From positions 20,385 to 84,384 of the forward strand of contig JAWXCN010000200.1 in the NCBI GenBank assembly GCA_034408725.1: a stretch of 64,000 nucleotides of DNA. The letters are read 5' to 3'. Shown piece after piece: positions 40,791-51,414 of the stretch (within the stretch, counting starts at the first letter, position 1; each line of letters begins with the position of its first letter). Under the pieces are notes generated by a model. That model saw only the letters and a list, made by a program, of their open reading frames with translations. It was not told the DNA's origin and ran no database searches. A program made the position numbers and the translations under genes. The stretch is from Candidatus Hydrogenedentota bacterium (GTDB lineage: Bacteria > Hydrogenedentota > Hydrogenedentia > Hydrogenedentales > SLHB01).

Positions 40791-41582
40791 GTGACATTTT
40801 CCTTCGTCGTCGAGATGTTGTTGCTTGGTTGTGCCGTGGGCATGACCAGCGCGGCGCTAGGATTGGGCGGCGGCATCTTCATGGTGCCGGCGTTTCTGTT
40901 CTTTGTCGAGGGTATGGACGCGCACACGGCGAAGGGCACCAGCCTGTTCATTATCATTTTCGTATCGGCGGTCAATACGTGGCGCATGAACAGAAACCAG
41001 CCGCCGCAATACGGTCTCGCCGCGGTGATCGCGTGCGGATCGATTGTGGGCGGATACTTCGGAAGCTGGATTACGACCAAGCTACCAGAGGCGGGTGTCA
41101 TCTGGTTATTTATTGCATTGCTTGCGTTTGTGGGTGTCCGCACATTTTTCATCACACCGCGGAAAGTCCATGACGAAGATGTGCGCACGCGCAACGCCTT
41201 GGCCATAGGCATTGGGACGCTCGCAAGCATCGTGGGCGGCGCAACGGGCACGGGCGGTGGCGCGGTGCTTGTGCCGCTGGCGTTGATGGCGGGGTTGGTC
41301 ACCAATGAGCGGGCGGTCGCGCTGTCGAACACCGTCATGGTGGTGACGAGTATCTCGGGCACTGTTGCGAGTTTCCTGGCGCCTAAAACCGCCGACCTGC
41401 CGTGGACCTTCGGGCACGTCAGCATCGCGTTGGCCCCGCTGGTATTTATCGGCGCGCAACTCATTACGCCCGTTGCCGGACGATTTGAAAAATGGCTCAC
41501 GCTTGAGCGGCGCAAGGTCGTGATGGGAATATTGCTGCTCGCTATGACGGCCGGACTGATATGGAAAACCCTGCGAGGCTAA
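40791..41582 (+). CDS. Sulfite exporter TauE/SafE family protein
   Basis: Duplicated GLGGGIFMVP / GTGGGAVLVP motif; AKGTSL. Confidence 0.9.
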   Translation: MTFSFVVEMLLLGCAVGMTSAALGLGGGIFMVPAFLFFVEGMDAHTAKGTSLFIIIFVSAVNTWRMNRNQPPQYGLAAVIACGSIVGGYFGSWITTKLPEAGVIWLFIALLAFVGVRTFFITPRKVHDEDVRTRNALAIGIGTLASIVGGATGTGGGAVLVPLALMAGLVTNERAVALSNTVMVVTSISGTVASFLAPKTADLPWTFGHVSIALAPLVFIGAQLITPVAGRFEKWLTLERRKVVMGILLLAMTAGLIWKTLRG

Positions 41583-41601
41583 ACGTCCGAATCTGGATGC
41601 G

Positions 41602-42915
41602 TTACACGCCGATTCGCATGCCGTCCGGGATGATCGCGCTTTTGAGCACGATCACGATACCGTCGCGGATGGCGTGGCCCAGGCCGTCTGAATCGGGGAG
41701 GTGATCGCCCCCTTCGATCACGACGTTTTTTCCGATTCGCGCGTTCTTATCGACAATGGCCCGGACAATGCGCGAACCCTCGCCGATGCCAATGGGCACA
41801 GGCGCTTTGACAACGCGGTCCTCCTCGAAATAGTCCGCGCCCATGACAATGCTGTTATCGATTGTCACTTTAGACCGAATGATCGCGCGCACCCCAATGA
41901 CTGACCGCGTGATGACTGCGTCGTCGATGCTGCATCCCTCGCAAATTACGGCTTCATTGATCCGGGCGTTGCTAATCTGCGAACCGGGGAGGTATCGCGC
42001 GCGCGAGTAGATCGGTTGCGAATTTTCATGAAACCGAAACGGCGGGTTTGGCCCGACCATCTGCAAACTCGTCTCGTAATAGGAGCGGACGGTTCCGATG
42101 TCTTCCCAAAACCCCGTGAACAAATGCGAAATGACCTTGCGGCCCTCGAGTGATCGGGGAATGACGTCGCGGCCGAAATCAATCCACTCCGGCTGGGTGC
42201 GAAGGATTGTTTCGAGCACTTCGGGTTTGAATATATAGACGCCCATCGACGCGAGGTACTCACGGCCTTCGGCATGAATTCCGCGATCGTTGAAAACCTG
42301 GTGCGGAGTGATCAGGTGGTCAAGTTGATCTTCGGTTTGCGGCTTTTCGACAAATTCGACGATACGGCCATCCGTTTCCACCTTGAGCACGCCAAAGCCT
42401 TTGGCGGCTTCGCGCATGACTGGCAACACACCGACGGTAATGCACGCATCCTGGTTTAGATGCGTCTCGAGCATCTGGCGATAATCCATGCGATAGAGCT
42501 GGTCTCCGGACAGAATCAGGTAATGGCTTGCCTGAAGGTGATCGATCTCGCGCAAATGCTTGCGGACGGCGTCCGCCGTGCCCTGAAACCAGTCGCCGCT
42601 TTCGGCGCGCTGTTCTGCCGCGAGAATTTCGACAAACCCTCCGGAAAAATTATCGAACTTGTAGGTGTTGTTGATGTGGCGGTGCAAGGAGGCGCTGTTG
42701 AATTGGGTCAATACGAATATGCGGTTGATGCCGGAATGAATGCAATTGCTGAGCGGAATGTCCACCAACCGATACCGTCCACCAAGCGGCACGGCTGGTT
42801 TCGCACGTTCGGCGGTCAGAGGATACAAACGGGACCCGCGGCCACCACCCAGGATGAGGGCAATGACTTTGTCGCAAACCTCGGCAATGGTCGGTTTCTT
42901 TCGTTTCGACTTCAT
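41602..42915 (-). CDS. glgC: Glucose-1-phosphate adenylyltransferase
   Basis: GGGRGSRLYPLT...RAKPAVP, QFNSASLHRH, WFQGTADAVR, LSGDQLYRMDY and FVEKP motifs. Confidence 0.97.
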   Translation of the reverse strand: MKSKRKKPTIAEVCDKVIALILGGGRGSRLYPLTAERAKPAVPLGGRYRLVDIPLSNCIHSGINRIFVLTQFNSASLHRHINNTYKFDNFSGGFVEILAAEQRAESGDWFQGTADAVRKHLREIDHLQASHYLILSGDQLYRMDYRQMLETHLNQDACITVGVLPVMREAAKGFGVLKVETDGRIVEFVEKPQTEDQLDHLITPHQVFNDRGIHAEGREYLASMGVYIFKPEVLETILRTQPEWIDFGRDVIPRSLEGRKVISHLFTGFWEDIGTVRSYYETSLQMVGPNPPFRFHENSQPIYSRARYLPGSQISNARINEAVICEGCSIDDAVITRSVIGVRAIIRSKVTIDNSIVMGADYFEEDRVVKAPVPIGIGEGSRIVRAIVDKNARIGKNVVIEGGDHLPDSDGLGHAIRDGIVIVLKSAIIPDGMRIGV

Positions 42916-42949
42916 ACCCCGTCCTGCTTCTGGAGAATTTCGCTAATGG

Positions 42950-43831
42950 CTAAAATGCGCGGGGGCCATAAATAATCGCGACGTTTGTAATGCCCCAAAG
43001 CACGACGGCCGCGAGCAGCGGCGCGTCTCTCACCAGGGTCCGGCTTGGGTCACCTCCACCACTCTTATGATGAACTAAATAGAGGTACCGGAACAACCCG
43101 TAGATTACGCAGGGAAGTGTCAGGTATAGCTTGTCGGTATGAAGTCTTTCGACCACTTCCGAGGAGCAGGTGTAAATGGTATACGTCAAAAGAGTGGTGC
43201 CGGCAAGCACGATCATGAGCGCATCCAGATACGGCACGGTGTAGTGTCCGAGGACTTCGCGATGTTTTATGGCTTCTTCCTCGAGGAGCCCAATCTCGCG
43301 GCGGCGCTTGCCAAGGGCGAGAAATAGCGCCAAAAACAAGGTGCAGACAACGAGCCAATTGGAAAACGCAACGTCGATCACGAGCGCGCCGGCAATCCCG
43401 CGAATGACAAAGCTGACGGCAATCGCGAGCACGTCAACCAGCATAATATTTTTCAGGATAAGCGAATACGCCAGGTTTAAGACGAGAAATGCAATTGTGG
43501 CAAGGCCCAGTTTCCATTCAACGAGAAATGCCACGGTGAGCGCCAGTCCGGCGAGCACCGCAACCATTAACGCCGCGATGGGCACGGAAAGCGCCCCGCT
43601 CGCCACCGGACGATTTTTCTTTTCCGGGTGGCTCCGGTCCTTTTCAATATCGACAATGTCATTGAGCACGTAGACAGCGCTGGAGGCCGCGCACAGCACG
43701 GCAAACGCGAAGATGGTCTTGACGACCTTGAGGGGGTCGTCCAGCTCGACGGCAAACACCAATGCTCCGAAAACCACGAGGTTTTTCGGCCATTGATAGG
43801 CGCGCAATGCGGTGATTAAGGTGGCAATCAT
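42950..43831 (-). CDS. UbiA-family prenyltransferase (decaprenyl-phosphate phosphoribosyltransferase-like)
   Basis: QWPKNLVVF, YVLNDIVDIEKDRSHPEKKNRPVASG, ALGKRRREI and GDPS motifs. Confidence 0.9.
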   Translation of the reverse strand: MIATLITALRAYQWPKNLVVFGALVFAVELDDPLKVVKTIFAFAVLCAASSAVYVLNDIVDIEKDRSHPEKKNRPVASGALSVPIAALMVAVLAGLALTVAFLVEWKLGLATIAFLVLNLAYSLILKNIMLVDVLAIAVSFVIRGIAGALVIDVAFSNWLVVCTLFLALFLALGKRRREIGLLEEEAIKHREVLGHYTVPYLDALMIVLAGTTLLTYTIYTCSSEVVERLHTDKLYLTLPCVIYGLFRYLYLVHHKSGGGDPSRTLVRDAPLLAAVVLWGITNVAIIYGPRAF

Positions 43832-43970
43832 GGCGTGAGGCGCTTATTCTGTTCAAGGCCGCGCGGCAAGTCAAGGAGCGTCATAAAGGTTGAATCCCTC
43901 GCAACGACTGCGCTACGGTCTTGTATCGAGTCAACTCTATGATGCTTGGTGCTGAATCTACGTTTACACT

Positions 43971-46694
43971 ATGACCTCCCGTAGCTCCTTCCACAACACT
44001 TGCCTGCTGCTGTGCGCGCTGACATTGCTGATCATTGCGCCGGGCTGCGGCGGTAGATCGAGTTCCGAAACTCCGGGCGACCGCGTGCTGACATCGCTGG
44101 GTTTGAAGACGGCGGATGGACGCGCAATCGTCCACCGGTTTACGACCGACCACTTTACGGCGCAGCGAAGCGCCAGCCATCCGCCCTATGTAATTCCCGC
44201 GAAGTCCATGGTCATGATGACGAAATCGCGGCCTGATCAGGCAAAAACCCCTCAACGCCCTGGGCGCAAGGAAGGCGGAAAGCTGTTTCTCGTCGAAGGA
44301 CCTTCGATGCCAACGGTCACGGCCATGTTGGGATTGGGGATTCGCGCGGAGGACTATAATGAACTGCGCATTCGTATGCGCGTCAGCCGGGGATCGTACA
44401 GCACGCTGTCGTGGACGACGGACGTGGAACCGTCATCAATGCGGGCACAGGGTTTGACGATTCCTATTTTTGCGGACAACGAAATTCACACTTACCGGGT
44501 GCCGCTCGGCGCCCTCGAGACGCAAACCTGGGTCGGCACCGTAAAAAGCATCGTGATGCTCCCAAGCGACTCGCCGGCCAATGTCGAAATTGAATCCATG
44601 GAACTCGGGTTCGTGCCACAGGTGAATCCCGCGCGAATCACCATCGCGGCACAGACCCATGAAGCAGTCTTCGGCACACAAGCGCCCTGGGAATTTGTTG
44701 TGCCGGAGAACGCGGTTTTCACGACGCACATTGGCCTGCCGGAAGAGACTTGGTCCGAGGGACGCAAGGGCAGCGCGCGATTTATCGCAACGCTCGACAC
44801 CGATAGTGAAAAAGGAATTCTACTGCTGGATGAGTCTTTGACTCCGGGGGTCAACGAGACGCACCAGGCGTGGCTTCCGTTCAAGGCTGACCTCTCGAAG
44901 TTCGCGGGGCAGACCGTACGCATTGCGTTCAACGTCAGCGGCATCGGCGAAAAATCCGCCAGTCCGGCGTGCTGGGGCGACCCGCTGGTGCATGGTGGCG
45001 GGCCGGATTCGACTTCGACGCCGATCATTCTGATTTCCTGCGATACGCTTCGCGCGGACCATCTGTCCTGCTACGGGTACGAACGGGAAACCTCGCCGAA
45101 TCTCGACGCGTTTGCAAAGGACGCTGTCCTGTTCGAGAACGCCATCACGCCGGAAACCTGGACATTGCCGTCGCATGCCACGATGTTCACCGGACTTTAT
45201 CCGAAGCACCATGGCGTAACGCCGAACGCTAATCTCGCGGAAGCGACCCTAACTCTTCCCGAAGCTCTGCGGGATGGCGGCTACCTTTGTGGGGGCTATA
45301 TCGGATTTACATTCTGGCTGTATCCGTGGCGCGGTTTCTCGCATGGGTTCGACGTGTACAACACGCCGGAGTGGCGGTTTCGCGGCATCGAAGACACGCA
45401 CCGCCTTGCCAAAGGCTGGCTCGGCACGATGAACTCCCCTAACACCTTTCTGTTCCTGCACAACTTCGACGTACATTCAAAACCGGCAAAACAATACGAT
45501 GGCCTGCCGTATGGGCCCGATGACGACAAATTCCTGCATTTCGCAAAGGCGTTCACGAATCCGCCGGCGTTTCAACGCCCTGGCCGCGATATGGTGGATG
45601 CGGAAGCCTTTCTTACCGCGGCGAACCATGGGGAGGTAACGCTCACGCAGGAAGAGATTGATTATTGCGTTGCGTTGTACGACGATTGCATTCGCATGGT
45701 TGACGCCTCACTGAAAGATTTGTTCGACACGCTGAAAGAACGTGGTCTGTATGATCGCGCATTGATCATGATCACCGCGGACCACGGAGAGGAATTCGGC
45801 GAACATGGCACGTTTGGTCATGGCAACGTTTACGAGCCCTCATTGCGGATTCCGATGATTATCAAGTTTCCGAACAACCAATTTGCAGGCACGCGGTTCG
45901 CTCCCGTGGTGGAACTCGTTGATCTGATGCCCACGGCGCTTGACGCCGCCGGACTGCCGATTCCCAAGGAGCTCGACGGCCAGAGCCTGTTGCGCGTGCT
46001 CAACAAGACCGAAGAACACGACGGCATGGGATTCGCGCAACGCTTCACCCAACGCACGGCCCGCGAGATGGAATGGAAACTAATCCGCAAACAGGCTGAT
46101 GTGTTTGAACTGTTTAATATTGCATCGGACCCTGGCGAGAAGGTCAACGTGGCCGATGCAAACCCAGAAATCGTCGCGCGAATGCGTGAACCTCTCGAAA
46201 ATTTTTTTGCGGTCAACACGCAGGGCTGGCACTTTGCGTTCGATTTGCCGAGCTTGGAATGGAAAGGCGATCTGACCATTTCGGCGGAGGACGTTGTTGA
46301 AAGCGCGGAATTGCTTGGAGGCCAAGATGTGTCCGCGATGACCATCAGCGAGCGCGGTGTTCGACTCAACCTCAATCGAATCAACCGCACCACCCGCGAT
46401 GAATTGATCGTGCGCACCGTCGGCACCGCCGGTCGATTGTCGTTGACGCTGAAATCGCAGTCGAACTTTTCCATCGCGCTCGGAGATCAACCCGTTGCAA
46501 CAGGCACGGCGTTTACTGTCGTGCTCGATCCGGCGACGAAAACCTATCCGCAACCGGACTTGGGAGCGGAGCCAAGCGACACTGCGCGGTTCCGAATCTG
46601 GTACGTGCCTCAGACCGGCACGCGATCTGCCGCGCAGCAACTCTCCCCAGAGGCTATCAAGGAATTGGAAGCGCTCGGCTATACCGCCGACTGA
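43971..46694 (+). CDS. Sulfatase/alkaline-phosphatase superfamily lipoprotein
   Basis: Lipobox APGC; ISCDTLRADH, WTLPSHATMFTG, TADHGEEF and LEALGY motifs. Confidence 0.85.
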   Translation: MTSRSSFHNTCLLLCALTLLIIAPGCGGRSSSETPGDRVLTSLGLKTADGRAIVHRFTTDHFTAQRSASHPPYVIPAKSMVMMTKSRPDQAKTPQRPGRKEGGKLFLVEGPSMPTVTAMLGLGIRAEDYNELRIRMRVSRGSYSTLSWTTDVEPSSMRAQGLTIPIFADNEIHTYRVPLGALETQTWVGTVKSIVMLPSDSPANVEIESMELGFVPQVNPARITIAAQTHEAVFGTQAPWEFVVPENAVFTTHIGLPEETWSEGRKGSARFIATLDTDSEKGILLLDESLTPGVNETHQAWLPFKADLSKFAGQTVRIAFNVSGIGEKSASPACWGDPLVHGGGPDSTSTPIILISCDTLRADHLSCYGYERETSPNLDAFAKDAVLFENAITPETWTLPSHATMFTGLYPKHHGVTPNANLAEATLTLPEALRDGGYLCGGYIGFTFWLYPWRGFSHGFDVYNTPEWRFRGIEDTHRLAKGWLGTMNSPNTFLFLHNFDVHSKPAKQYDGLPYGPDDDKFLHFAKAFTNPPAFQRPGRDMVDAEAFLTAANHGEVTLTQEEIDYCVALYDDCIRMVDASLKDLFDTLKERGLYDRALIMITADHGEEFGEHGTFGHGNVYEPSLRIPMIIKFPNNQFAGTRFAPVVELVDLMPTALDAAGLPIPKELDGQSLLRVLNKTEEHDGMGFAQRFTQRTAREMEWKLIRKQADVFELFNIASDPGEKVNVADANPEIVARMREPLENFFAVNTQGWHFAFDLPSLEWKGDLTISAEDVVESAELLGGQDVSAMTISERGVRLNLNRINRTTRDELIVRTVGTAGRLSLTLKSQSNFSIALGDQPVATGTAFTVVLDPATKTYPQPDLGAEPSDTARFRIWYVPQTGTRSAAQQLSPEAIKELEALGYTAD

Positions 46695-46723
46695 TTGCCG
46701 GTCAAAGGGGCGAGACAACTAAT

Positions 46724-48361
46724 CTAAGGTGGCGTATCGATACTGGGATCAAACCTCGCGTACGCGCTCGCCACAAATGGAACGACAAGCGCCGCCTCAA
46801 GCCCGAGAATAACGCTTGCGAAAAAATAACCCGGCGCCCACGAATCGAATAGCCAACGGTTTGCGAACGCCACCGCCACGGCAATCCCGCAAGCAGGTGC
46901 GAGAATTACAATCTTGACCAGAAACGAAATGAAGCCTCGTCCCAGGCTTTTCGCGTCCAAATTTCCCTGGTGACCCAATCGCGCGGGCCATATCAAAAAC
47001 GTCAGGTTCTCTACGGCCATGAGCAATGCCGCGAAGGACGGGGCGAGGACGGCCACGATTAGCACAATCTCGGGCCGCCGCACGGCAATGGCCACACCGA
47101 GTCCGAACGCTAAATAGATGCTGCACATGAGCACTACCGGGGCCGTGATTTGGGCAAGAGACACGGTCGCCGCCGACACCGGCAAAGTCTTCAGCGAATC
47201 CATCGTATCGATCTCGGAACGGAAATCGAACCGGAACAGATTCGTGACAAGGATGGAGATATATGCCAGGAATCCCAGGAGCAATGGCAGCGAAAGGTTG
47301 CCCAGCTTTTCGCGATGTTCCGTCAGCGGCAGCGCCAATCCTCCAGCCACGCAGACGATATATAACAGAAGGATTACCCGGCCCCAATTGTGGGTAGCTC
47401 CAAGCAATTGCCGCCACGCAATGGGACCGAAACCGCCCCAGCGGGGAAGGCTGGGAAGGGTCCAGTTGCGCCGCCGCGTGGAGGTTCTATAGGACATCAC
47501 CTGACCGCGTTTGAAACGCTCGAGCGCTTCATACTGGCGTGCGCTGCGTGTCATCGCGGATTCCATGTAGTCGGCATCCAGCCATATAATGAGCACGTAC
47601 TCGAGCGCAATCATCGCGACGCACACCGCAGCCCACGTCGACAGCGCCAATACCGGCCCTCCCGCCATAACATTCGCGAAAGGAATGAACGGAAGGCTGA
47701 TCGATTTCACAACTGGGTGATTGAAAACGGCGTCGAAAAGAAGCGCCGGTGCGGGCGTCATCCCAACGGCGCTCGCGAGATCGCTAAAGACGGCGTACAT
47801 CGAGTATCCCACCGCGAACACCAGCGCGCCGGAAATTGCATATCCGACGAATTGTATCCTGCTGGACACCGCCTGCAATATCGTTCCATACAAGGTGGTA
47901 AACAAAAATATAAACAGGAACCCCAGAAACATTCCTAAAAACATGGGTAACCGGGAAGGTATAAACGCGAGCGATGCAGCGAACATGATCAGCGAAATAA
48001 AAAGCGCGCCGCTGATATTGCCAACTAGTTTATAGGTGACCAAATGCCGGCGCGTGTAGGGGCCAGTGAATAACACATCGATTTCGGCGGGTTTGAAATT
48101 AAATGAAAACCGCATTCCCGGCCGGAGCAGGACTATCAGGCACATCAACGCGAGGCCCAACGGCGCGCCGCGCGCAATCCATTCCGCCGGTATTCTCAAT
48201 TCATCCCGTTCCATCACTAAACCGCTTAACATTGCCGGACCGAACATGAAGAAGTAACAAATCAGAATGAGGATGCCCGCCGGGCGCTTAAGCAGCCGCA
48301 GAAACCGGCGGGCCCATCCGCGGATTTCCAGACATTTCAAAACCCACAATGCGCGCGGCAT
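46724..48361 (-). CDS. Putative ABC exporter membrane protein
   Basis: Multi-TM; FKPAEIDVLFTGP and DSLKTLPV motifs; downstream of an ABC ATPase. Confidence 0.8.
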   Translation of the reverse strand: MPRALWVLKCLEIRGWARRFLRLLKRPAGILILICYFFMFGPAMLSGLVMERDELRIPAEWIARGAPLGLALMCLIVLLRPGMRFSFNFKPAEIDVLFTGPYTRRHLVTYKLVGNISGALFISLIMFAASLAFIPSRLPMFLGMFLGFLFIFLFTTLYGTILQAVSSRIQFVGYAISGALVFAVGYSMYAVFSDLASAVGMTPAPALLFDAVFNHPVVKSISLPFIPFANVMAGGPVLALSTWAAVCVAMIALEYVLIIWLDADYMESAMTRSARQYEALERFKRGQVMSYRTSTRRRNWTLPSLPRWGGFGPIAWRQLLGATHNWGRVILLLYIVCVAGGLALPLTEHREKLGNLSLPLLLGFLAYISILVTNLFRFDFRSEIDTMDSLKTLPVSAATVSLAQITAPVVLMCSIYLAFGLGVAIAVRRPEIVLIVAVLAPSFAALLMAVENLTFLIWPARLGHQGNLDAKSLGRGFISFLVKIVILAPACGIAVAVAFANRWLFDSWAPGYFFASVILGLEAALVVPFVASAYARFDPSIDTPP

Positions 48362-48369
48362 GAGCACGG

Positions 48370-49119
48370 CTACGATTTCTCCGAAACCGGCGATGCAGGC
48401 TTGCGCGTGGCGTGGAGGAAAATTTCTTCCAACGATTCGCCGCCGGCAAGGTCCGCGAACGCGTTGCGCGCTTCGTCAAGCGGGCCGAGATACAAACATT
48501 CGCCGCGATTGAGTATCAGCAGATGACTGCACAAGTCCTCGACAAGGTCCAGGATGTGCGAGCTCATAATGATCGCGCATCCGTCCGCCGCGCGTTCACG
48601 GATTGAATCCTTGGTCGTGCGGATGCCGTGCGGGTCAACTCCCGTCAGCGGCTCATCGAGCAAGATGGCTTTCGGGGCGTGCAGGTAGGCGCAGCAGAGC
48701 GCCAGTTTTTGACGCATGCCTCGTGACAGCTCCGCGCCCAGCGCTTTTCTTTTTTCGGTGAGCTCGAAACGTTCGAGCAGGTGTTCGGCTTCTGTTCTCC
48801 AGTCCGCTACGTCATAGGCCTCCGCTGTGTACCGTAAATGCTCCCAAACGGTCAGCACGTCGAAGAGCTTCGGATCGTCGGGCACGTACGCCAGCAGGCG
48901 CTTGGCCGCAATCGGTTCCTCGCGCACGTCGTGCGTCCCAATGCGCAGACTGCCGCGAGTCGGCGGAATGATGCCGCACATGGCGCGTAATGTCGTTGTC
49001 TTTCCCGCGCCATTCGGGCCTACCAGACCGAGCACCTGCCCCGGCTGCACATCAAACGTCAGGCCATTGACGGCAAGTGTACCGTCGTAGGCTTTGTGAA
49101 AATCGGTGACTTCGATCAC
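48370..49119 (-). CDS. ABC transporter ATP-binding protein
   Basis: GPNGAGKTT, LSRGMRQK and LDEP motifs; GTG start after GGAGG. Confidence 0.93.
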   Translation of the reverse strand: MIEVTDFHKAYDGTLAVNGLTFDVQPGQVLGLVGPNGAGKTTTLRAMCGIIPPTRGSLRIGTHDVREEPIAAKRLLAYVPDDPKLFDVLTVWEHLRYTAEAYDVADWRTEAEHLLERFELTEKRKALGAELSRGMRQKLALCCAYLHAPKAILLDEPLTGVDPHGIRTTKDSIRERAADGCAIIMSSHILDLVEDLCSHLLILNRGECLYLGPLDEARNAFADLAGGESLEEIFLHATRKPASPVSEKS

Positions 49120-49133
49120 GCGGTGTCCTCCAA

Positions 49134-50861
49134 TTAATCCGCGGATGCGGAGCGATCGGCCGTTCTGGCGCGGGAGCGACTTGCGAAAGCAATCGACAAT
49201 GCCGCGAGCAGTCCGCCGGTAAGCACGATTGCCGCCCTGACGGCATGGGCGTCGCCTGCGGCTGTCTGTTTTGTCGCGCTCGCTATCGGCACCATCCACG
49301 ACAGAATATTCGATTGCATGAACGTGAGCACCATGACCACCGATACCAGGATAAGGCTATGCTTAATGGTCCGTCGAAACAGGACGGCCTCCTGTCCGAC
49401 CAAACCCGTGGCCGCGGCGGCGACCGCGATGGATTGCGGCGAAACCATTTTTCCTGCGACGCCGCCGCTTGCGTTTGAGGCGACCGTGAGCACGGGGTTG
49501 ATTCCGATCTTCTCGGCGGTAACGGCCTGGAGCTTTCCGAAGATCGCGTTTGACGAAGTGTCCGACCCCGTGATGAAAACACCAATCCACCCGAGCAATG
49601 GCGCGAACAGCGGAAAGAGCATGCCCGTACCGGCAATGAACGTGCCGAGCGTTACTGTCATTCCGGAAGCATTGCCGAGATAGGCGTACGCCAACAGCGC
49701 GGCGACAGTTATCAGCGGATAGCGCATCTTTTTCATCGTCTCGACGTATAACGACCATAAAACCGCGCCCCGGAATCCCTGGCTGATGGCTGTGATGATG
49801 CACGAGAGAAACAGCGCCGACCCCGCGGCGGAAAGCAGATTGACGGTATATGCGGCTTTAATGGGTTGACCCGTGGACGGCGAAACTACGGCATCATTTA
49901 ACCAAGGTACTTTCACGATGACGGTGGCTTCGTCGAGCAGTTTTTTGACGTCTGGCAACGCCCACACGATCATGAGCACGCAGACGATCAGAAATGGACT
50001 CCATGCAAACAGCACGCGGGCGCGGGATTGGCGTTCCGGGTCGCCCGGCGCGGCGCGGCGTTTCCACGCGAGCCACGCGACAATTGCAATCATTGAGGCC
50101 AATGCTGAAAGTATGTCCGGCAAGGTTGGGCCGAGATAGTTCGACGTCCACCATTGTGTCACGGCAAACGACAAACCGGCGATCAGGCATACGGACCAGG
50201 TCTCGCGTATGCCGCGCCTGCCTGCCATGATTCCCACTACATAGAACGGCACGATCACCGATAAGACCGGCAACTGGCGACCGACCATTTGCGAAATAGA
50301 CATTGCGTCAATTCCGGAAACGGCCGCGGCGGTGATGATCGGAATACCGATTGCTCCGAACGCTACCGGCGCTGTGTTGGCGACGAGGCATAGCACGGCG
50401 GCGTCGATGAGTGGAACGCCCAGCGCGGCGAGGATGCCCGCGGAAATGGCGACGGGCGCGCCGAAGCCCGCACAGGCCTCGATAAGCGCGCCGAAGGAAA
50501 ACGCAACGAGCACGGCCTGTATGCGCGTGTCGGTGGTGAGATCGGATATGGAAGATTTAAGCGCGTCGAACTGGCCGGTGCGTTCCATGATCGTGTGCAA
50601 GAGCACCGCGGAAAAAACGATCCATCCGATGGGAAACAATCCGAAGCACGCGCCTTGCGCCGCAGACAACAGGGCAAGCGCAACCGGCATGCGGAATATC
50701 GCGACGGCAACCAACAGCGCAATGGCGAGCGCGCCAAGCGCGGCCCAATGCCCTTTCATGCGCCGGATCGCAAGCGCCCAGAACAGGAACAAAATGGGCA
50801 GCGAAGCAGCCCCGGCAGACAGCGCGAGCATGCCCAATGGATCGAGCCGTTGAGTCCACAT
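49134..50861 (-). CDS. lldP: L-lactate permease (LctP/LldP family)
   Basis: GFGAPVAI, ANTAPVAFGAIGIP, GVFITGSDTSSN and GKMVSPQSI motifs. Confidence 0.92.
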   Translation of the reverse strand: MWTQRLDPLGMLALSAGAASLPILFLFWALAIRRMKGHWAALGALAIALLVAVAIFRMPVALALLSAAQGACFGLFPIGWIVFSAVLLHTIMERTGQFDALKSSISDLTTDTRIQAVLVAFSFGALIEACAGFGAPVAISAGILAALGVPLIDAAVLCLVANTAPVAFGAIGIPIITAAAVSGIDAMSISQMVGRQLPVLSVIVPFYVVGIMAGRRGIRETWSVCLIAGLSFAVTQWWTSNYLGPTLPDILSALASMIAIVAWLAWKRRAAPGDPERQSRARVLFAWSPFLIVCVLMIVWALPDVKKLLDEATVIVKVPWLNDAVVSPSTGQPIKAAYTVNLLSAAGSALFLSCIITAISQGFRGAVLWSLYVETMKKMRYPLITVAALLAYAYLGNASGMTVTLGTFIAGTGMLFPLFAPLLGWIGVFITGSDTSSNAIFGKLQAVTAEKIGINPVLTVASNASGGVAGKMVSPQSIAVAAAATGLVGQEAVLFRRTIKHSLILVSVVMVLTFMQSNILSWMVPIASATKQTAAGDAHAVRAAIVLTGGLLAALSIAFASRSRARTADRSASAD

Positions 50862-50940
50862 CGATTTGTGATTCTCCCCACGCGGAGTGTAACAATGCGC
50901 GCACGCCGTTGTCTTCAAGAGGACCTGTGCTCAGTGGGCG

Positions 50941-51295
50941 CGCTTTTATGCTTCGAGTGGGCAGCGGGTTGATGGACTGGTCGAGATCAATTGCCATCCG
51001 AATCGAAAGCGGTAGCTGCGTCCGAAGCGGACTGCGCTACCGCAGTCCAAAGCCTTGGAGTGCGGAAGCGGTAGCTGCCGCTTTTACTTCGAGTGGGCGG
51101 CCGGTCGATGGACTGGTAGAGACCAATTGCCATCCGAATTGAAAGCGGTAGCTGCCGCTTTTACTTCGAGTGGGTAGCCGGTCGGTGGACTGGTAGAGAC
51201 CAATTGCCATCCGAATTGAAAGCGGTAGCTGCGTCCGAAGCGGACTGCGCTACCGCAGTCCAAGGCGCTACCGCAGTTCAAGGCCTTGGAGTGCG
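50941..51295. repeat. BIME-like mosaic: three ~77-bp units plus REP hairpins
   Basis: Unit CGCTTTTACTTCGAGTGGG...CAATTGCCATCCGAATTGAAAGCGGTAGCTG at about 50941, 51079 and 51156. Confidence 0.88.
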
Positions 51296-51414
51296 CTAGC
51301 AGAGTTCGCTTTGGCTTTATCAAAGACCGGGAGAAATAACGGAAAACGCGCCAGTACCAGAACAAAATTGATAGAATCATCCATCGATCGTCGTCGGGAA
51401 GGAGCAAGGATTTC

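Noticed and set aside
50941-51295. Possible CRISPR array
   Set aside because: The segments between palindromes are near-identical rather than unique spacers, and there are no cas genes
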